Assembly: GCA_030390025.1 (NCBI GenBank)
Contig: CM059432.1
Span: forward strand, 134,108,001 to 134,172,000
Source of the DNA: Squalus acanthias
Lineage: Eukaryota
DNA length: 64,000 nucleotides
Direction of reading: 5' to 3'
Part shown: piece by piece, positions 1-13,074 of the stretch
Layout: each line of letters opens with the position of its first letter
How positions within the stretch are numbered: position 1 is the first letter of the stretch
Made by a program: the position numbers and the translations under genes
Notes under the pieces: model-generated
Databases searched by the model: none
Told to the model about the DNA's origin: nothing
Seen by the model: only the letters and a program-made list of their open reading frames with translations

Positions 1-606
1 CATGGTGTATATCTGTGTTAAATAATCTTGTTGTATATCTTCATTAAATACACTTGTTGAATATCTGTGTTAAATACCCATGCTGTATATCTGTGTTAAA
101 ATACATGTTGTATATCTGTGTTAAATACCCATGCTATATATCTGTGTTAAGTGCACTTGTTGTAAATCTGTGTTAAATACCCATGTTGTATATCTGTGTT
201 AAATACCCATGTTGTATATCTGTGTTAAATACCCATGCTGTAGATCTGTGTTAAATACCCATGTTGTATATCTGTGTTAAATACCCATGCTATATATCAG
301 TGTTATATACTCTTGCTGTATATTTGTGTTAAATAACCAAGCTGTATATCTGTGTTAATTATACTTGCTATATATCTGTGTTAAATGCACTTTTTGTATA
401 TCTGTGTTAAATAATCTTGTTGTATATCTGTGTAAAATGCACTTGTTGTATATCTGTGTTAAATACCCATGCTATATATCGGTGTTATATACTCTTGCTG
501 TATATTTGTGTTAAATACCCATGGTGTATATCTGTGTTAAATACCCATGCTATATATCTGTGTTAAATGCACTTGTTGTTTATCTGTTTTAAATAATCTT
601 GTTGTA

Positions 607-1044
607 GTTAGAAACATAGAAACTAGGAGCAGGAGTAGGCCATTCGGCCCGTCGAGCCTGCTCCACCATTCAATATGATCATGGCTGATCATCCAAATCC
701 AGTACCCTGTCCCTGCTTTCTCACACAGAATCCCCATCGAGCCTGCACATATCCCACCCTATCCCCGTAACCCCACGTATTTAATTCCCCCTAACATATC
801 CCATCCTATCCCCGTAACCCCACATATTTAATCCTCCCCTAACACTAAGGGTCAATTTATCATAGCCAAATCAACCTAACCCGCACATTTATGGACTGTG
901 GGAGGAAACCGGAGTACCCGGAGGAAACCCACGCAGACACGGGGAGAATGTGCAAACTCCACACAGACAGTCACCCGAGGCCAGATTCGAACCCGGGTCC
1001 CTGGCGCTGTGAGGCACCAGTGCTAACCACTATGCCACCGTGTC
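607..1044 (-). mobile_element. Full-length tRNA-derived SINE (HE1/V-SINE-like) with CR1-derived 3' tail
   Basis: Minus strand starts GACACGGTGGCATAGTGGTTAGC (A box) ... GGGTTCGAATCT (B box), then a V-domain-like GTGGAGTTTGCACATTCTCCCCGTGTCTGCGTGGGTTTCCTCCGGG, a 47-bp tandem duplication (747-843) and ~110 bp matching the 3' end of the CR1 at 34824, ending in a TTTCTATG-type tail. Confidence 0.9.
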
Positions 1045-2613
1045 ACATATATCTGTGTTAAATACCCATGCTATATATCTGTGTTAAATGCACTTGTTGT
1101 ATATCTGTGTTAAATACCCATGTTGTATATCTGTGTTAAATACACATGTTGTATATCTGTGTTAAATGCACTTGCTGTATAGCTGTGTTAAATACCAATG
1201 TTGTATATCTGTGTAAAATACCCATGTTGTACATCTGTGTAAAATGCACTTGTTGTATACCTGTTTTAAATAATCTTGTTGTATATCTGTGTTAAATACC
1301 CATGTTGTATATCTGTGTTAAATACCCATGCTGTATATCTGTGTTAAATGCACTTCTTGTATATCTATGTTAATTACCAATGTTGTATATCTGTGTTAAA
1401 TACCCATGCTCTATAGCTGTGTTATATACAGTTGTTGTATATCTGAGTTAAAAACCCATGCTGTACATCTGTGTTAAATACCCATGTTGTATACCTGTGT
1501 TAAATACATTGCTCTATATATGTGTTAAATGCACTTGCTGTATAATTGAGTTAAATACCTATGTTGTATATCTATGCTAAATACCTATGTTGTATATCTG
1601 TGTTAAATACCCACGCTGTATATCTTTGTTAAATACAATTGCTGTATATCTGTGTTAAATGCACTTGTTGTATATCTGTATTAAAAAACCTTGTTATATA
1701 TATGTGTTAAATACACTTGTTGTATATCTGTGTTAAATACCCCTGCTATATATCTGTGTTAAATATACATGTTGTATATCGGTGTTAAATACTCATGTTG
1801 TATAACTGTGTTAAATGCATTTGTTGTATATCTGTGTTAAATACCAATGTTGTATATCTGTGTTAAATACACATGTTGTATATCTGTGCAAAATGCACTT
1901 GTTGTATATCTGTGTTAAATAACCATGCTATATATCGGTGTTATATACTCTTGCTGTATATTTGTGTTAAACAACCAAGCTGTTTATCTGTGTTAAATAT
2001 ACTTGTTGTATATCTTTTTTAAATAATCTTGTTGTATATCTGTGTTAAATACCCATGCCATATATCTGTGTTAAATATACATGTTGTATATCTGTGTTAA
2101 AAATTCTTGTTGTATATCTTCGTTAAATACACTTGTTGAATATCTGTGTTAAATACCCATGCTGTATATCTGTGTTAAAATACATGTTGTATATCTGTGT
2201 TAAATACCCATGCTATATATCTGTGTTAAGTGCACTTGTTGTATATCTGTGTTAAATACCCATGTTGTATATCTGTGTTAAATTCACATGTTGTATATCT
2301 ATGTTAAATACCCATGCTGTATATCTGTGTTAAACACACTTGCTGTATACATTTGTTAAATGCAGTTGCTGTATATCTGTGTTAAATACCCATGTTGTAT
2401 ATCTGTTTCAAATACAATTGTTGTATATCTGTGTTCAATACCCATGCAGTATATCTGTGTTAAATACACTTGCTGTATATGTGTATTAAATAAACATGCT
2501 GTATATCTCTCTTAAATACCCATGTTTTATATCTGTGTTAAATAGACTTGTTGTATATCTGTGTTAAATACCCATGCTGTATATATGTGTTAAATACACT
2601 TGTTGAATATATT

Positions 2614-3356
2614 GGCCCAGAAATTGATCTCGCTCTGTTCCCGCGTGGGTAAGGAGCAGGCGCGATCTCTCACTCCGCGTTGGCTTTTTCAGATCCAGCT
2701 CGCACGAACTTGATGTTCCAGACATCAGCTGGGCAGTGCTTGCGTATCCCACCGGCGTAGTGAATTCGTGCGAGCTGTGGGATCACGTGACTCAGTTAGA
2801 GCCAATGGCAGCACACCATCTTCCATTCATAAGTTTCACATACGTGCTGTGAAAGCTATGAATCTTACACCCCCCCAAAATAACAGCTAAACCTCAATTA
2901 AATTAAAAAAAAAACCCATCACATTAACAAAATAAGTATAGTTAAATAAATTAACCATTTTAAATAAAAAATTAATTTTTGAAAAAATTTAAAATCTTTT
3001 AAAAAGTTATAAAAATAAACTTACCTGTCTTTAAAGTCTCTAAAAAAGATATACCTGTTAAAAAAAATGCAAAAAAATACTTAATTCACTACTTACCTTG
3101 TTAAAAGTGGGTCTTACTCCTCCTTTTTCCATTTCTAAAATCTTCCGTCCTTACCTGCGCGTCCAAAGCACGAAGTGCACAGCGTGCGCGCAGCCTGTAG
3201 CGCGCACGCGATGCACCGAGGAACCGCCCCCTTTTCCAAAGACCAAGTGCCGGTTTTCAGCGCATGCGCAGGGCATGCAGAAAACCGGCAATTGGAGAGA
3301 GAATACGCGAGAGTACGCAGTGCGTACTCTCGCGCAGCGGGACCAATTTTTGGCCC
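2614..3356. mobile_element. Non-autonomous Harbinger-type MITE (743 bp), family X
   Basis: TIRs GGCCCAGAAATTGATCTCGCT / GGGCCAAAAATTGGTCCCGCT (17/21), 3-bp TSD ATT (2611-2613; 3357-3359), AT-rich core with CpG-rich palindromic arms, no transposase ORF. Confidence 0.85.
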
Positions 3357-3990
3357 ATTGTGTTAAATACACTTGTTGAATATCTGTGTTAAATACCCAT
3401 GCAGTATATCTGTGTTAAATACACATGTTGTATATCTTTTTATGAAATACCCATGCTGTATATTTGTGTTAAATGCACTTGTTGTATATCTGTGTTAAAT
3501 TCCCATGTTGTATATCTGTGTTAAATACACTTGCTGTATATCTGTGTTAAATGCACTTGTTGCATATCTGTGTTAAATACACTTGTTGTATATCTGTCTT
3601 ATATAGACTTGGTTTATATTTGTATTGAATACCGATGCTGTATACGTGTGTTAAATATACATTTTGTATATCTGTGTTAAATACTCATGTTGTATATCTG
3701 TGTTAAATGCATTTGTTGTATATCTGTGTTGAATACACTTGTTGTATATCTGTGTTAAATACACTTGTTGTATATCTGTGTTTAATACACTTGTTGTATA
3801 TCTGTGTTAAATACACTTGCTGTAATCTGTGTTCAATGCACCTGCTGTATAGCTGTGTTAAATACCCATGTTGTATATTTGTGTTAAATACACTTAAGAA
3901 CATAAGAACGTAAGAAATAGGAGCAGGAATATGCCACTTGGCCCCTCGAGCGTGCTCCGCCGTTCAATAAGATCATGGCTGATCTTGGGC

Positions 3991-6900
3991 TCAAAGCCAC
4001 TTTCCCGGCCGCTCCCCATAACCCTTCACTCCCTTATCTTGCAAAAATCTGTCTATCTCCACCTTAAATGTATTTAATGACCCAGCCTCCACAGCTCTCT
4101 GGGGCAGAGAATTCCATAGATTTACAGCCCTCTGAGAGAAGAAATTCCTCCTTATCTCAGTTCTAAAAGGGCGACCCTTTATTCTAAAACTGTGCCCCCA
4201 CGTTCTAGATTTCCCCACGAGGGGAAACATCCTCTCTGCATCTACCTTGTCGTGCCCCCTCAGTATTTTATTTGTTACAATAAGATCACCTCTCATTCTT
4301 CTGAATTCCAATGAATATAGGCCCAGCCTGCTCAACCTTTCCTCATAAGTCAACCCCCTCATCTCTGGAATTAACCTAGTGAATCGTCTCTGAACTGCCT
4401 CCAATGCAAGTATATCCTTCCTTAAATAAGGAGACCAAAACTGTATGCAGCACTCAAGGTGTGGTCTCACCAATACCCTGTACAGCTGTAGCAGGACTTC
4501 CCTGCTTTTATACTCCAAACCCTTTGAAATAAAGGCCAACATCCCATTTGCCTTTTTGATTACCTGCTGTACCTGCATGCTAACTTTTTGTGTTTCATGC
4601 ACAAGGACCCCCAGGTCCCTCTGAACTGTAGCATTTTGTAATCTCTCTCCATTTAAATAATAATTTGCTTTTTTATTTTTCATGCCAAAGTGTGTAACCT
4701 CGCACTTTCCCACATTATACTCCATCTGCCAAATGTTTGTCCACTCACTTAGCTTGTCTATATCCCTTTGCAGGTTCTTTGAGTCCTCTGCACAACTTTC
4801 CCACCCATCTTTGTATCATCCGCAAACTTGGCTACATTACACTCGATCCCTTCATCCAAGTCATTAATGTAGATTGTAAATAGTTGAGGCCCCAGCACCG
4901 ATCCTTGTGGCACCCCACTAGTTACCGTTTGCCAACCAGAAAATGACCCATTTATCCCGACTCTCTGCTTTCTGTTAGTTAGCCAATTCTCTATCCATGC
5001 TAATATATTACCCCCAATTCTGTGAGCTCTTATCTTATGCAGTAACCTTTTATGTGGCACCTTATCAAATGCCTTCTGGAAATCCAAATACACCACATCC
5101 ACTGGTTCACCTTTGTCCACCCTGCTCGTTACCTCCTCAAAGAACTCCAGCAAGTTTATTAAACATGATTTCCCTTTCATAAAACCATGCTGACTCTGCT
5201 TGACTGCATTATGATTTTCCAAATGCCCTGCTACTGCTTCCTCAATGAAGGACTCCAGCATTTTCCCAACGACAGGTGTTAGGCTAACTGGTCTATAGTT
5301 TCCTGCTTTCTGTCTCCATCCTTTCTTAAATAGGAGTGTTACATTTACGGTTTTCCAATCTGCTGGGACCTCTCCAGAGTCCAGGGAATTTTGGTATATT
5401 GCAACCAATGTATCCACTATCTCTGCAGCCACTTCTTTTAAGACCCTGGGATGCAGGCCATCTGGTCCAGGGGACTTGTCATCTTTTAGTCCCATCATTT
5501 TACCAAGTACTATTTCCTTAGTGATAGTGATTGTCTTTAATTCCCCCCTCCCTGTGGCCCCTTGATTATCCATTATTGGGATGTTGTTAGTGTCTTCTAC
5601 CGTGAAGACAGATACAAAATATTTGTTCAGAGTCTCTGCCATTTCCCCGTTCCCCATTATTAATTCCCCAGTCTCATCCTCTAAGGGACCAACGTTTACT
5701 TTAGCTACTCTCTTCCTTTTTATATACCTGTAGAAGCTCTTACTATCTGTTTTAATGTTTCTTGCCAGTTTACTCTCATAATTCATCTTCTCTCTCTATT
5801 ATTTTTTTAGTCATCCTTTGCTGGTTTTTAAAAATTTCCCAATCCTCTGGTCTCCCACCAATCTTGCCAACATTGTATGTATGCCTTCGTTTTCAATTTG
5901 ATACCATCCTTTACTTCCTTAGTTAGCCACAGATGGTGCTCCCTTCTCTTAAAATCTTTGGGGGAGAAATTCAGTATCGTCCCATTTGGGGCGCAATTAT
6001 CGGCTGGGCGCAAAGATTAGCGCCTGGCGCTAATTATCGCCACCGACTGCAAACTTGACTTTTATCGCCCCTGGAGGTGATTGCAGCGCTAAATCAGGTG
6101 CTTCACACCTGTCTTAAGGCGCAAAGGCCGAGGAGCGAGGCGCTACCTCAGAGCGCTGGCGAAGCTCATGTGATGTCAGTCAGCAATGGAACACACACAC
6201 AATGGCACGGGCCAGTTCTTAAAGGGGATGGTTAATCTTGCTTTCCATCCACATCCTGCTCATTGCATCCTTGAATCTTGGCCTGGAGAGACCTGCACAT
6301 CAAATGTGCTGGAAAGATCAATGGAGAGTACCAGGCAAAGAGCTCAGAGTGCAGCCCCCACAGTCTCTGCTAAATCGATACAAGGAATGGCAAATCAAAA
6401 TGAACCTGCAAAGTGCTGCTCAGTACCCAAAACTCCTTCACACAACGTTGAATCTCTCCAGAAGTCTCTCCCTCTCTCTCTCAGAATGCGTAGTTCAAAA
6501 ATGGCACCAACAATAAAAGGCAGGAAGCGGTCACCTTTAAATAGCGCTCCCCCTTTCCCTACATGACTGCAGAACGCTCCCCTCAACCTGTCGTTGCTAG
6601 CGTCAGGCGGTAAGGCAGGGGGCGCCACTCAATATCCGCTCCGGGACGATACCGGGGCGTTGCGCACTCGAGTGACGTCACGATCTGCCGGCGCAGGAGA
6701 TCGTGGCGGTAGTGTTTAGCGCCGCCGCAAAATGTCTAGTTAATTTCGCGAGCGGCGCAAACTTCGCCGCGCCTGGGCGCTAGATGCTTTGCGCCCCATT
6801 AGCGCCCTCTTAAGGCACTAACGGGAGGAGCAACCAACTGAATTTTTCCCCCTTTCTTTCTCACTGGAATATATTTTTGTTCAGAGTTATGAAATATCTC

Positions 6901-7622
6901 CTTAAATGTCCGCCACTGCATTTACCCTTTAATTTATTTTTCCAGTCCACTTTAGCCAGTTCTGCCCTCATGCCACTGTAATTGCCTTTGTTTAAGATCA
7001 GGACACTGGTTTGAGATACAACTTTCTCACCGTCCAACTGAATTTGAAATTCAACCATGCTACGATCACTCTTTCCTAGAGGATCCTTTACTATGAGATC
7101 ATGTATTAATTCTGTCTCATTACATAGTACCAGATTCAAGATAGCCTGCTCCCTGGTTGGTTCCATTACATACTGTTCTAGGAAACCATCCTGGATGCAC
7201 TCTATGAACTCCTCCTCAAGGCTACCATGGCCAATTTGATTTGTCCAATCAATATGGAGATTAAAATCACTCATGATTATTACTGTACCTTTTTTACAGG
7301 CCTCCATTATTTGTTGATTTATACTCTGTCCAACAGTATTGCTACTGTTCGGGGGCCTGTAGACTACACCCACCTTTTTCCCTTTATTATTTTTTATCTC
7401 CACCCAAACTGATTCTACATCTTCTGAACGAATATCACTTCTCACCACTGCACTGATCCCATCCTTTAACAACAAAGCCACCCCACCTCCCTTTCCTTTC
7501 TGTCTATCCTTCCGAATTGTCAAATACCCTGGAATATTCAGTTCCCAGCCCTGATCAACTTGCAACCACGTCTCTGTAATGGTGATCAGATCATACCCAT
7601 TTGTATCTATTTGTGCCGTCAA
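3991..7622 (-). pseudogene. CR1 #1 ORF2 (APE endonuclease-reverse transcriptase), frameshifted and interrupted
   Basis: ORF pieces 6861-7622 (APE), 4758-5786 (RT) and 3991-4725 (C-terminus) are in different frames; a MITE interrupts at 5960-6852. Confidence 0.92.
5960..6852. mobile_element. 893-bp Harbinger MITE (family Y), copy 1
   Basis: TIR GGGGGAGAAATTCAG / GGGGGAAAAATTCAG; TSD TTT; removal restores CR1 sequence aaaatc-ttt-ctttctcac; homologous to 21913-22805 and 56251-57143. Confidence 0.93.
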
Positions 7623-7778
7623 CTCATCTATCTTGTTACGAATGCTGCGTGCATTCAGATATAGAGCTTTTCAGCTGGCTTTTGATACTGGGGCGGGTTG
7701 GGTCGTGTTATCCGCTTTTCGTGTTGCCCACCCGAATCTAGATCGATGTGGGAGAGTGATGTGATTTTAACTTAATTA

Positions 7779-7873
7779 GCCAATTGAGTTCCAACTTGTG
7801 GGAACCCATGACCAATGAGTTATTCCAGTCTGAAAGTCGCCTCCGATGACGTCATCATTGCTGCTGCATTTAA
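7779..7873 (+). promoter_or_regulatory. Putative promoter of the Harbinger B Myb gene
   Basis: Two CCAAT motifs, palindromic GATGACGTCATC (CRE-like) and TATA-like CATTTAA about 80 bp before the ATG at 7950; CRE and CATTTAA are retained in copy C (~15218-15246). Confidence 0.45.
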
Positions 7874-7949
7874 GGTCTACAACAAGCCTTGCTTCTTCTG
7901 CAGACTGGCAAGCTTCTGGGCTTGTATCTTAGAGGCAACTGCAGGAGGA

Positions 7950-9870
7950 ATGGCCAGCCAAAGACCCAGGTCTGCTCCCAGGTTCGATGACGTTGCCCTG
8001 CAAGCCTTAGTGGAGGGAGCAAGAGCCAACAGAGAGATGCTCTTCCCTTCCTCAGGGAGGAAGAAGCCTCCCCAGCAGACCAAGGCTGTGTGGGTCCAGG
8101 TCGCCCAGGAGGTCAACTCTTTATCCATCACCCGCAGAACCTGGCTCCAGTGCAGGAAGAGGTTTCATGACCTTCTACGCACTGCAAAAGTGAGTATGAC
8201 TTTCCCTTCACTCTCAATCTGATCCCCATTGCCTCTCCTCACCAGCACTCAGCTTTAGCAACCTCTTCCTCCATGTCCCACTTGACACTGACATCCATGC
8301 ACCCTTACCCATTCCCTCTCCCTCTATGGTCACATTCACCTTACTATTCGACTATGCAGCCCTCACACTCCCTATCGCTGTCATGCTATGAAAACAACTT
8401 ACAACACACAGTGAGGGCCCTTGGTCTTGCCACCTCATTCCATCTTTGTCTCCTTCTAAGCATCTATGCTATGGACTCTCTACACTCACTCCTTAAATCT
8501 CACTCAAACTCCACTTGTCTCCCTCATTGCAGGAAAAGAGAGCTCATAATAAAAGGGAAAGAGCCAGGACAGGAGGAGGGCCACCTTCATTAGCCCAGCT
8601 CACCCCCTGGGAGGATGCAGTCCTGGAGATCGTGGGAGTGGAGGACAATACACAAGTGGGGGACAGACAGACGGGTGCATCACAGCAAGCTGGTGACTGA
8701 ATAGTGTTCCATCTCCCTCATTGACATTGCATGAGTCGCTGATAATGAATCTGAAGCTCTAACAGATGGATTTATGATCATCTGCAATATGCAATGTGCG
8801 TGTAACCTTGGCATCACATCTCTGACTCTTTCCTTTACTCCCCCACAGGAGCATCGCAAGCACCCGTCCCCACTAGCCAGGAGGACCAGCCTGAGCATCC
8901 AGACTCCTCAGAGGAAGCTGCAACCTCTGAGGGCGCAGCGTCAGCAGAATTCAGCGCACGCAGCACCAGCACAGAAACTCACACCTCGGTGGGACCCTCG
9001 GGACATAGAGTAGTGTTGTCACCTGGTGTATCACAGCTTACAAGTGAGCATCAGCAGATGGTGGAGACAGGGACAGCAGTGAGAGTCCTAGTCGGAGGGT
9101 GCAGGACTCTCCTAGCTCGGCTCAGCTGCATGTCGACCCTCTGCCTCTGGGGCCATCCATAAGATCAGCGATGCTGGGACTCCAGGAACAGATGCAGGAG
9201 TCTCTGACAGGTTTTGTCTCCAGGGACGCTGCGAGTGTGGAGTGAATGCAGGAGTCCATAGCGAACATGAGCAGAGCCTTTGTGGAGTCATTGGCGCATG
9301 AACGCATCACCAGGAAAGGATGGCAAGTCCATGGAGGTGATAAGTCGCCAAAGTGCAGAAAACATGGTGAATGTTCTGAATAGAATGACATCTCTGGAGG
9401 AGCGATGGACATCTATTGAACAGAGAAACCAGACCTTCATGGAAGTCCTTCTGAGTAGGACTGCCAGTGCAGATACGGGTCCACATGGCGCCCCTGATGT
9501 GCAGCAAGGTGCTCTCAATCCACTTGCAAGCGCTGAGGTGGACCTGACCCATGAGAGGGATGTTGGTGGCAGACAACAAGGAGGTGGGGGCTCCTCTCCA
9601 AGCGCTCACACTTCCATGCCACTGACAAGTCCTCGGTCAGATCCCCACCAGAGTCCGCACCCAACTGAGATCGGCGTCTCAACCCGTGCCCAGCCGCAGG
9701 AGCAGCAGACTGTTGCCGAGCCCTCGCAGGTTCACAACCCCAGAGGACGCCCGCCAAAGGTGTTGAGACAGGAGCAGCAACAAACTGAGCAGGGGGCCTC
9801 CACCTCTGCTGAAGCCACAGGGGAAGCACCACGTAGGAGCACGCGTAAGAGAAAGATACTGCACAAATAG
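7950..9870 (+). pseudogene. Harbinger Myb/SANT-like DNA-binding protein gene, 3 exons (7950-8189, 8533-8692, 8849-9870), disrupted
   Basis: Exon 1 MASQRPRSAPRF...W..VA..VN....RTWLQCRKRFHDL; GT-AG introns in phases 0 and 1; exon 2 EKRAHNKRERARTGGG; basic C-terminus RRSTRKRK. Relative to copy C it has a 1-bp deletion near 9080 and CGA>TGA near 9243. Confidence 0.85.
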
Positions 9871-10127
9871 TCACAAGAGTAGTCACTTGGGTGAAATTTG
9901 ATGTTCAATGTAAAAAAGCCATCAGGTGTTAAGTGTAAATAAAAACTCTGTTGGCTACAGCTGTAGTTGTGGCGTCTGTCATTTCGCTAATGGGACTTCC
10001 ACAATGAGGCCTTAGGATAACTTGCAATTGTCAGTATGGTGGTCAAATTGTTAGGGATCCGCTGGGTCTGGGCCATTGTCGTAGCTCTGGTAAGAAGCTG
10101 CAAGGCAAAAGTGCTTGATTGTCTAGG

Positions 10128-11384
10128 CTAAGCAAATCTGGCCAAGATGAGTGCGTCCCTTGCATTCCGGGCAGCTATGGTCTCGCGTAATGCTGGCGCA
10201 GGTTGATGGGCCTCTGCAAGATGATCGTTCTCTCTCTCCTCCTCCTCCTCCACCTCCTCCTCCTCCTCATCTGAGGAGGCTATGTGAGGAGCCACTTGGT
10301 CCTCCGGCATCTGTAAGCCACGACGCTGTGCCATGTTGTGAAGTGCATAGCAAACCACGACAATTCTGGAGATCCTGGCTGCTGAGTATTGCAGGGCTCC
10401 ACCTGATCTATCCAGGCATCTGAAGCGCATCTTCAGCATGCCGATGGTTTGCTCGATTATGGCTCTGGTGGAAATGTGGCTGGAGTTGTAGCTCTCCTCA
10501 GCTGCGTTGGATGGGCTCCTCAACGGCGTCATTAGCCACGTCTTCAGGGGATAGCCCTTGTCTCCAAGTAGCCATCCGTGAAGTTGGTCTGGCGGACTGA
10601 ATAGCGGAGGCACACTAGACTGGCGCAGTATGAAGGAGTCATGGCAACTGCCAGGGTACTTGGCACAAACATGCAAAACTTCCTTCTTGTGGTCACACAC
10701 CAGCTGAACGTTGAGGGAGTGGAAGCCCTTGCGGTTGACAAAAATACCTGGATTGCGATGGGGTGACTTAAGGGCCACATGTGTGCAGTCAACGACGCCC
10801 TGCACCCTTGGAAAGCCTGCCAGATTAGCTAATCCAACCGCACGCGCCGTGACACTTGCTCGATCCTTGGTGAAATGGATGTGATTGTGCGCGATGGCAA
10901 AGAGGGCATCGGTTACTTGTGTGATGCAGGTGTGTGCGGCCGCCTGGGAGATGCCGCTGATGTCTGCTGCTGATCCCTGGAATGAGCCTGAGGCAAAAAA
11001 GTTGAGTGCGGTGGTGACTTTGACGGCCACTGGTAAGGGGTGTCCACCTGGTCCTCTGGGCTCCAGGTCTTGTTGCAGCATTGCGCAGATGTCACCCACT
11101 ACCTCTCGCGAAAGTTGGAGCCGCCTTTGGCACTGCTGCTCAGACATGTTGAGTTAGCTGACCCTGTGTCTGTAGACCCTGTTTGGGGGGTATCTCCTGC
11201 GCCGACGGCCTTCCATGCACTGGCCCCTTCTGGCCTGTGCAGCTTCAGGCGGGTGAGCAGCAGCTTGGCGCTCCTGCTGTTGCTGCTGCTGTTGGTGCTG
11301 CTGTTGTTCATGGTTCTGCTGGTGCCACGGCTGGTGTTCGTCCTCATCTGATGCCCAGGAGGGAAGGAAATAAATGGTTCCCAT
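10128..11384 (-). pseudogene. Harbinger (HARBI1-like) DDE transposase with one in-frame stop
   Basis: VVDCTHV, LLGDKGY and IIEQTIG motifs. The frame from MGTIYF (11384) is open except TAA at 11154-11156, where transposase E has Tyr (HRVS*LNM vs EQLSYIHM). A 339-aa ORF remains downstream. Confidence 0.9.
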
Positions 11385-12417
11385 GCCTCTGGTATATGCC
11401 TCAGTTGAGGAAGCGCTCAATGAGGGTGGCGAGAGGGGTTTCCCAGAAGGTCACACTGGAGACGGGTGTCAGGCTCCAAACTTCCAGAGCTGTGGTTATG
11501 CCTTCTAAAAGTTCCCCCAGACCTGTGACAACAAAGTCCTGCCACCTGCAAATGATGGCTGATCAAATCTCCTATTTAATGGTTGAGCTGCAGCTGAGAG
11601 TCAGCAATCCACTTGTGCTCCCGCCAGGTTTCACTGGCGTGTTTCAGATCAGGCTTGCTTCAAGTGGGAAAAGGGTTAAACTAGCAAAAAACTATCAAAA
11701 TGGCATTACAGAGCCAATTTAGGGCTTGTTAAGGGCATTAATGGCCTATCCCGCCTCTTGGAGGCAGGACGGAGACGGGACCAGTAGACACGATTTCATC
11801 AAAATTGCGTGGAGGCGGGATGGAGGCGGGATCGGGCCCGCCTGCCAGTTTCTGCAATTTTAACCCCCCACAGGCCTCCAATCCCGCCTCAATGGCCCTA
11901 TGAAAATCCAGCCCTTTAACTTTGTCTTTTAACCATTCCTCCTTGTTTTGGCCCCATTTTCTGTTACATTCTTATTTTTAAACATTCTGGGCAGAATTTT
12001 CATTGACCCGTGGAGGCGGGTTTGGAGGCGTGTGCGGGGTTAAAATTGTGAAAACTGGCGGGCGGGCACAAGCCCGCCTCCATCCCGCCTCCACGCAATT
12101 TTCATTAAATCGTGTCTGCTGGTCCCGACTCCGTCCCGCCTCCAAGAGGCGGGATAGGCTGTTAAGGCCCTTAACAAGCACTATAATGCCATTTTGAAAG
12201 GCCTTTGTGATTTTAACCCCTTTTCCACGTGAAGCACGCCTGTTCTGAACCACGAATGTGAAACCTGGTGGTAGCACATTTGGATTGCTGACTATCAGCT
12301 GCAGCTCAACCATGAAATAGGAGATGTGATCAGCCATCATTTGCAGTTGGCAGGACTTTGTTGTCACAGGTCTGGGGGAACTTTTATATGGCATAACCAC
12401 AGCTGTGGAAGTTTGGA

Positions 12418-12493
12418 ATAACAACAGAAAACGCTGGAAAAACTCAGCAGGCCAGGCAGCATCCGTGGAGAGAGAAAGAGAGTTAACGTTTCA
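12418..12493 (-). mobile_element. 76-bp Penelope-like short insert (family P1)
   Basis: 11-bp TSD GGAAGTTTGGA (12407-12417; 12494-12504); absent at the homologous site in B; same sequence occurs within 23599-23717; minus strand begins TGAAACGTT (3' half of a hammerhead core). Confidence 0.75.
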
Positions 12494-12594
12494 GGAAGTT
12501 TGGAGCCTGACACCCATCTCCAGTGTGACCTCCTGGGAAACCCCTCTCGCCACCTTGACTGAGCACTTCCTCAACTGAGGCATATACCAGAAGC

Positions 12595-12816
12595 ATGGGA
12601 ACCATTTATCTCCTTTCCTCCTGGACATCAGATTTGGATGAAGACCAGCCGTGGCAGCAGCAGAACCATGAACAACAGCACCACCAGCAGCAGCAGCATC
12701 AAAAGGAGTGCCAAGCTGCTCCTCACCCACCTGAAGCTGCACAGGCCAGAAGGTGCCAGCGCGCGACCACATTGCTGCCCGAGATGCAAGGGACGCACTT
12801 GACCAGATTTGCTTAG
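12595..12816 (+). pseudogene. Deleted transposase remnant of Harbinger C
   Basis: N-terminus MGTIYLLSSW...PPEAAQARR is joined directly to the last ~20 codons; the DDE domain is absent. Confidence 0.85.
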
Positions 12817-13074
12817 CCTGCACAATCAAACACTTTTGCCTCGCACCTTCTTATCAGACCATCGACAATGGCCAGGAACCTGCGGATTCCTATCACTCTG
12901 ACCACCATACTGACAATTGCAAGTCATCCTAAGCCCTCAATGTGGAAGTCCCATTTGTGAAATGACAGACGCCACAACTTCAGCAGTTTGCCAGCAGAAT
13001 TTTTAATCACACCAAGCAAGTGCTGGCATTTCAAGATTAAACACAACATTACACCCAAGTGACTACCCTTGTGA

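Larger units (their letters stand above)
1..3895. repeat. 26-bp tandem minisatellite/satellite, block 1 (interrupted by a SINE and a MITE)
   Basis: Tandem units AAAT-(ACCCAT/GCACTT/ACACTT...)-G(T/C)TGTATATCTGTGTT with a 26-nt period; continues off the window start. Confidence 0.97.
7672..11914. mobile_element. PIF/Harbinger transposon B (4.2 kb), convergent Myb/SANT and transposase genes, both damaged
   Basis: TIRs CAGCTGGCTTTTGATA / GGGCTGGATTTTCATA, TSD TTT, subterminal GGAGGCGGG repeats, two convergent genes. Confidence 0.93.

Noticed and set aside
975..1044. tRNA gene
   Set aside because: The A and B boxes belong to the SINE head and run directly into SINE body sequence.
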